Assembly (NCBI GenBank): GCA_032718475.1 | Contig: JAUCBJ010009132.1 | Span: 62,001 to 126,000 of the forward strand | DNA: 64,000 nucleotides | From: Nemertoderma westbladi | Lineage: Eukaryota > Animalia > Xenacoelomorpha | Reading direction: 5' to 3' | Shown here: positions 60,156-64,000 of the stretch, in pieces | How the letters are laid out: the number at the start of each line of letters is the position of its first letter | Numbering within the stretch: the stretch's first letter is position 1 | Notes under the pieces: generated by a model | Told to the model about the DNA's origin: nothing | The model's input: the letters and a program-made list of their open reading frames with translations, nothing else | Databases searched by the model: none | Program-made: the position numbers and the translations under genes

Positions 60156-61744
60156 TGTGTCAATTTTACCATCAAATAATAAAATTCACGGGAATAAATT
60201 TAAATTCATATCTTAAATGAATTTCATAAATTGTCATTTTGTGCAATTTATAACATTCCCAAAATTCCATTAATTAATAGATCATGGGAGCGGAGATTCA
60301 TCCTATTGAGTGTATTAGAGTGAGAGAATCTCCGACATATAGTCAATAGCCGATAAAATTAATAAAATCATGCATAAAGAGGATATTGACAATTAAAGAA
60401 TTACTATTAAATAGCATTCCAGATCTGTATGCATGAGAATTACCCTAATTCTACCGCTAGCTTTCCATAATGTCACCATAGCAACACCCACGCTAGAATT
60501 AGAAGCAAGTTAAAAGAACAATAGAAAGCTTGTCCCATTGCATAGCATAGAGAATACATAGCACACTGTTAGTATCCAAAGATACACAGTAATAACGTGA
60601 CATTCTGGAAGGCACTGACTAACGGACAAATGGCCTGTATGTGTACAATTGGTGACAGTTGTGTGGAATTTGTGCGTCTATAGGTGAATGTTACTGCTAA
60701 AGTATGTTTACAGTAGCTAGTCGCAATTGTGAAAGTAGCCCAACTCTCCTATAGAAAGAACCTAAAGTGGATTCAAGCCTTTGGCACGGACAGTGGAGTG
60801 ACTTGTGCCGGTTATCGTTGTCGTGCTGTTGCTACATGTTGGCGTAAACACCGCGACGACGGTACATCGGCGCTGAGAATCCCACTGTCCGGGGGCAAAG
60901 AGAGGTAGGCAGCGACGCCCGCTCGCCTAAACATAAACTCATTACAATATTAATAAACTCAGATAGCAGATATGACGGAGTTGATAGAAGATGATCTTGG
61001 TAGCAGGGAGCGATATACTCCACCTTTACAAGCATTTGTGGATAGATGTTAGTATATCCCTGATAGCCTCAATTTATTTGCGCCTAGCGTAAACTGCCCT
61101 ACCGCCTGAACGGTACAATCCCAATTCAGGTGAAAACACAGCAACCCCCCTAGCCTACAAGTTCTGATGTAACGGACACCGTTGTACGGCAAATAGTCGC
61201 ACACACACCTGTACTTAGCAAGAGTTAAGCGTACAGTTTGCTGCACCCTAACCAATGTGTATGCCTTGTACCGGTGTGCCTACGTCCTATCTGCGTACTA
61301 GTATCTGCTCTCTCTCCCTCTCCCCCCGTAGGAATATGAAGGTCTACTGCGGTTTTCCCTGAATCAAGACAGTACAGTCCCTATGATGTAATTTTGGGCT
61401 CACAGCGTGTCACTACGTCTACCTTTTGATCTTTTGGTCTTATACTTAGGTAGCAAGGATCGAACGCTGTCTAACCTTTCAGGCGATGGGCGAATAACTC
61501 TAAAGGTATTGCGGGTTGTCTCTCGTCTACATTCCCGTGATGTTCCCGTTCATTGCTGCGGCCCGATCTCTAGCTGGCCATCCTGTCCCTGAGTTTGTTC
61601 ACCGTAGTGAATCCATAGTAAAACAGAAAAGCTGAGAGAATATTCTGACTTTATTACAGAAGATACAATTATAATACAATGTAATCTGAGAATAAACTAA
61701 GCACGACAGAATAAATCTGAGAAGTATAGATATAAGATTGAGAT

Positions 61745-61913
61745 AACTAATGAACGAATCGCACCTTTATATACTAAATTTGTGCTGCAATCAATCGAGA
61801 AAATTCTCGATTGTTCTATGGGTTCTAACAAGGTTTTAAAGATAGCTTATTGGTCCAGCTAATATATAACTTGCACGACATTGGTTACAATCAAATAACT
61901 ACAGCCTTATTGG
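61745..61913 (-). promoter_or_regulatory. Putative Pol II promoter: three CCAAT boxes, TATA box, Inr-like motif
   Basis: ATTGG at 61849, 61880 and 61909 (~30-bp spacing); minus-strand TATATAAAG 61773-61765; TTAGTT 61750-61745. Confidence 0.5.
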
Positions 61914-61984
61914 TACAGACAAATGCAATTAATTTGTAGCGGTTAATTTAAATGAGTTGAAATTCTACACAAAAAATAATTCGC

Positions 61985-62057
61985 ACTTACTAGGATTTGA
62001 ACTCGATACCTACTATACTTATAATTTCCAACGCTCTACCAACTGAGCTACTGAACC
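61985..62057 (-). pseudogene. tRNA-derived sequence (SINE head or tRNA-like cassette)
   Basis: Minus strand GGTTCAGTAGCTCAGTTGGTAGAGCG…GAGTTCAAATCC; A and B boxes are good, acceptor and anticodon arms are not. Confidence 0.7.
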
Positions 62058-62329
62058 ACTTGACCGATAGATGCATAATAGATAGAACCAATACGAATGA
62101 GAACTCAAAGCAATCTTTACAAAGTTAGTTCGAATAAAATAAATTTTTGAAAATCCACGGCATTTAGGGAATATAATTCTATACCGCTCCATGAAAACAG
62201 GATATTATCGTGCATAAAATATACGGTTTTCACCAATAATCAATCAAACTATAGAATACTTAGGGCGTACTTACATATTTACAATTAAGTTTCAAACAAT
62301 ACTTCCTTTCTACGTAATGATTCGATACA

Positions 62330-63020
62330 AAATAATTACAAATTCAAACTTTACGTATTTAAGGCTTTACTAAGTAAGTACAATATAAATCTAAATTAAA
62401 TTCACCAATATAAATCTATTGCATCTCAGATATTGCATAAATTCAAACAATTACAAATACAAATAAATGAAAACAATAAGAAAGGCTCGCGAGTCTTCCA
62501 TCTACTATTGCATCTCAAATATTGCATAAATTCAAGTAATTACAAATACTTTCGTACCTAAATGTAGATTGCATAAGTTTTGGAATAATTACAAATATGA
62601 GTCTTTCTGAGCACAAATTTTTCTGTCTATAAAACTTTCTCTTTAGGTACAAATACTGCTTATAAGATATAAATTGCATAATATTCGGAACAATACAAAT
62701 TGCATAAGTTTGGAATAATATAAATTGTATAAGTTCGGAATAATTACAAATATAAAATATAAATTCTTACTAAATATAAATCTTACTAACTATAAGTCTT
62801 TACTTAAATATAAATATAAACTGCATAAGTTTAGAATAATATAAACCTTTGCATCTCAAATATGAAACATAAATCTTTCAAATATAAGTTCCTTCTAAAT
62901 ATAAACTTTCTAAATTTCATAAATTCGGAACAATACAAATTGCATAAGTTTTCTAAATATAAAACATATAATTCAAAATAAATCACAAATCATAAGAAAG
63001 GCTCACGAGTCTTCCGTCCA
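62330..63020. repeat. AT-rich patchwork repeats (ATTGCATAA, AATTACAAAT, AAATATAAA)
   Basis: Many short motif copies; AAGAAAGGCTC(G/A)CGAGTCTTCC at ~62478 and ~62994. Confidence 0.7.
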
Positions 63021-63035
63021 CCCTTGCCCTCCCTT

Positions 63036-64000
63036 TTATCGCTTAGTGGATCGAGCCCTGCCGCGTCCTCGAAAACTGCGCACAGGTGACTTTGCTCGCG
63101 ATATGGGACTAATGGGGCGAGTCACTGGTTTACTTGGGACGTTGAGAGACGGTGCGACTATTTCCTCGCAAATTCGTCTATTTGGCATCCCAAAACCTCG
63201 ACCAATTCCTCGTGACCGATCAGTCGTCACTACAGTTGGTAGAACGTCTGGGAACGCGTGAGAAGCGGACGACGTAGACCCAAGAGTAGCTTGCGCCCCC
63301 TGTTGATCAGCTGGTGTATGTCCCGATCCTCCTACCGGTTCTCTTGGAAGTGATACCGTATCCCGAGTAACTCGAATAGTCGGCTCAACTCCCTTGCGTT
63401 CTTCTACATTAATAATTTTCTTCAATTGTTGGCCCACCTTCTGGACCCGTATGATCCTACCCTGCCCGTCCTCCCGAGGGTGACGTGCAGACGGCGCAAC
63501 CGGAGTGGCTGATATATTCGTCGCCTCTAGGACCTCCTCTTCCTCGAATACGCTCGCTCGTATACGTTTGTGGTAAAAGGCGGCTCGGTACGCCCATGCG
63601 ACGGTTAACCAAGCTCCCTTATTCCGTTTTTCAGTTCGGAAACGATCGAATTCACCATACGTAATCCGATTAACGACTTTCTGAAAATTCCACGTGTTTT
63701 TGTTATCCGGGTGAATTTGTAACAGATACTCGCGCACCACTCGGAATCCGCTGTCGTGGGGCAAAATATCGACAACCTCGATAAGTTCGTCATATTGGGG
63801 CATAGCGGAGATATATCCTTCCGACATCATCGTCTGGGGATTTACCGCCCAAAATCCGAGATGCGCTCTCATCGGAAACCGTCTTCTTTGTGCCGATACA
63901 TGTTCGTCGGCTAAATCTTCCCACTCATCAAATAACTTCCTCACGAGTTTTACAGATTCGTGTTCATAAGGTATGTCTCTCAGTTGGCATTCAGATGCTC
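63036..64000 (-). CDS. Orphan ORF (>320 aa, open to the window edge), unknown product
   Basis: The 302-aa track ORF continues without a stop to the window end (…ASECQLRDIPYEHESVKLVRK…); GC-richer than its flanks; basic C-terminus RSFRGRGRARSTKR. Confidence 0.6.
   Translation of the reverse strand, partial: ASECQLRDIPYEHESVKLVRKLFDEWEDLADEHVSAQRRRFPMRAHLGFWAVNPQTMMSEGYISAMPQYDELIEVVDILPHDSGFRVVREYLLQIHPDNKNTWNFQKVVNRITYGEFDRFRTEKRNKGAWLTVAWAYRAAFYHKRIRASVFEEEEVLEATNISATPVAPSARHPREDGQGRIIRVQKVGQQLKKIINVEERKGVEPTIRVTRDTVSLPREPVGGSGHTPADQQGAQATLGSTSSASHAFPDVLPTVVTTDRSRGIGRGFGMPNRRICEEIVAPSLNVPSKPVTRPISPISRAKSPVRSFRGRGRARSTKR

Noticed and set aside
43545-62057. Functional tRNA genes at 43545, 48772 and 61985
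   Set aside because: Anticodon and acceptor stems do not pair properly; called tRNA-like only.

Overview
AT-rich animal (probably invertebrate) nuclear DNA made almost entirely of repeats and transposable elements. The only host-gene sequence I can support is three + strand exons (26563-26820, 27382-27557, 39779-39832) of a kainate-type ionotropic glutamate receptor amino-terminal domain, so most of the window is probably intron. From left to right: (1) a GC-rich 47-bp satellite (1-12497, 20005-26026) with higher-order structure. (2) Inside it, a recently inserted 7.5-kb non-autonomous LTR element with apparently identical 475-bp LTRs, a CCTGG target-site duplication (TSD), a Gag-like ORF swollen by (PSTVDI)n and (DP)n/TCAGGG repeats, and a primer-binding site (PBS) complementary to its own LTR (possible self-priming). 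(3) Nested RTE/RTEX LINE fragments. (4) A second, unrelated AT-rich satellite, also 47 bp. (5) A CRE-like restriction-endonuclease LINE. (6) A CR1/L2-group LINE with a hydrophobic leader and 2A-like DIETNPGP motif, hit at two sites by a 3.02-kb non-coding element that lacks terminal inverted repeats (TIRs), is always bounded by CGAG and forms a tandem junction. (7) A BEL/Pao element lacking RT and integrase, followed by antisense orphan ORFs. All calls are by eye; no database searches were run.
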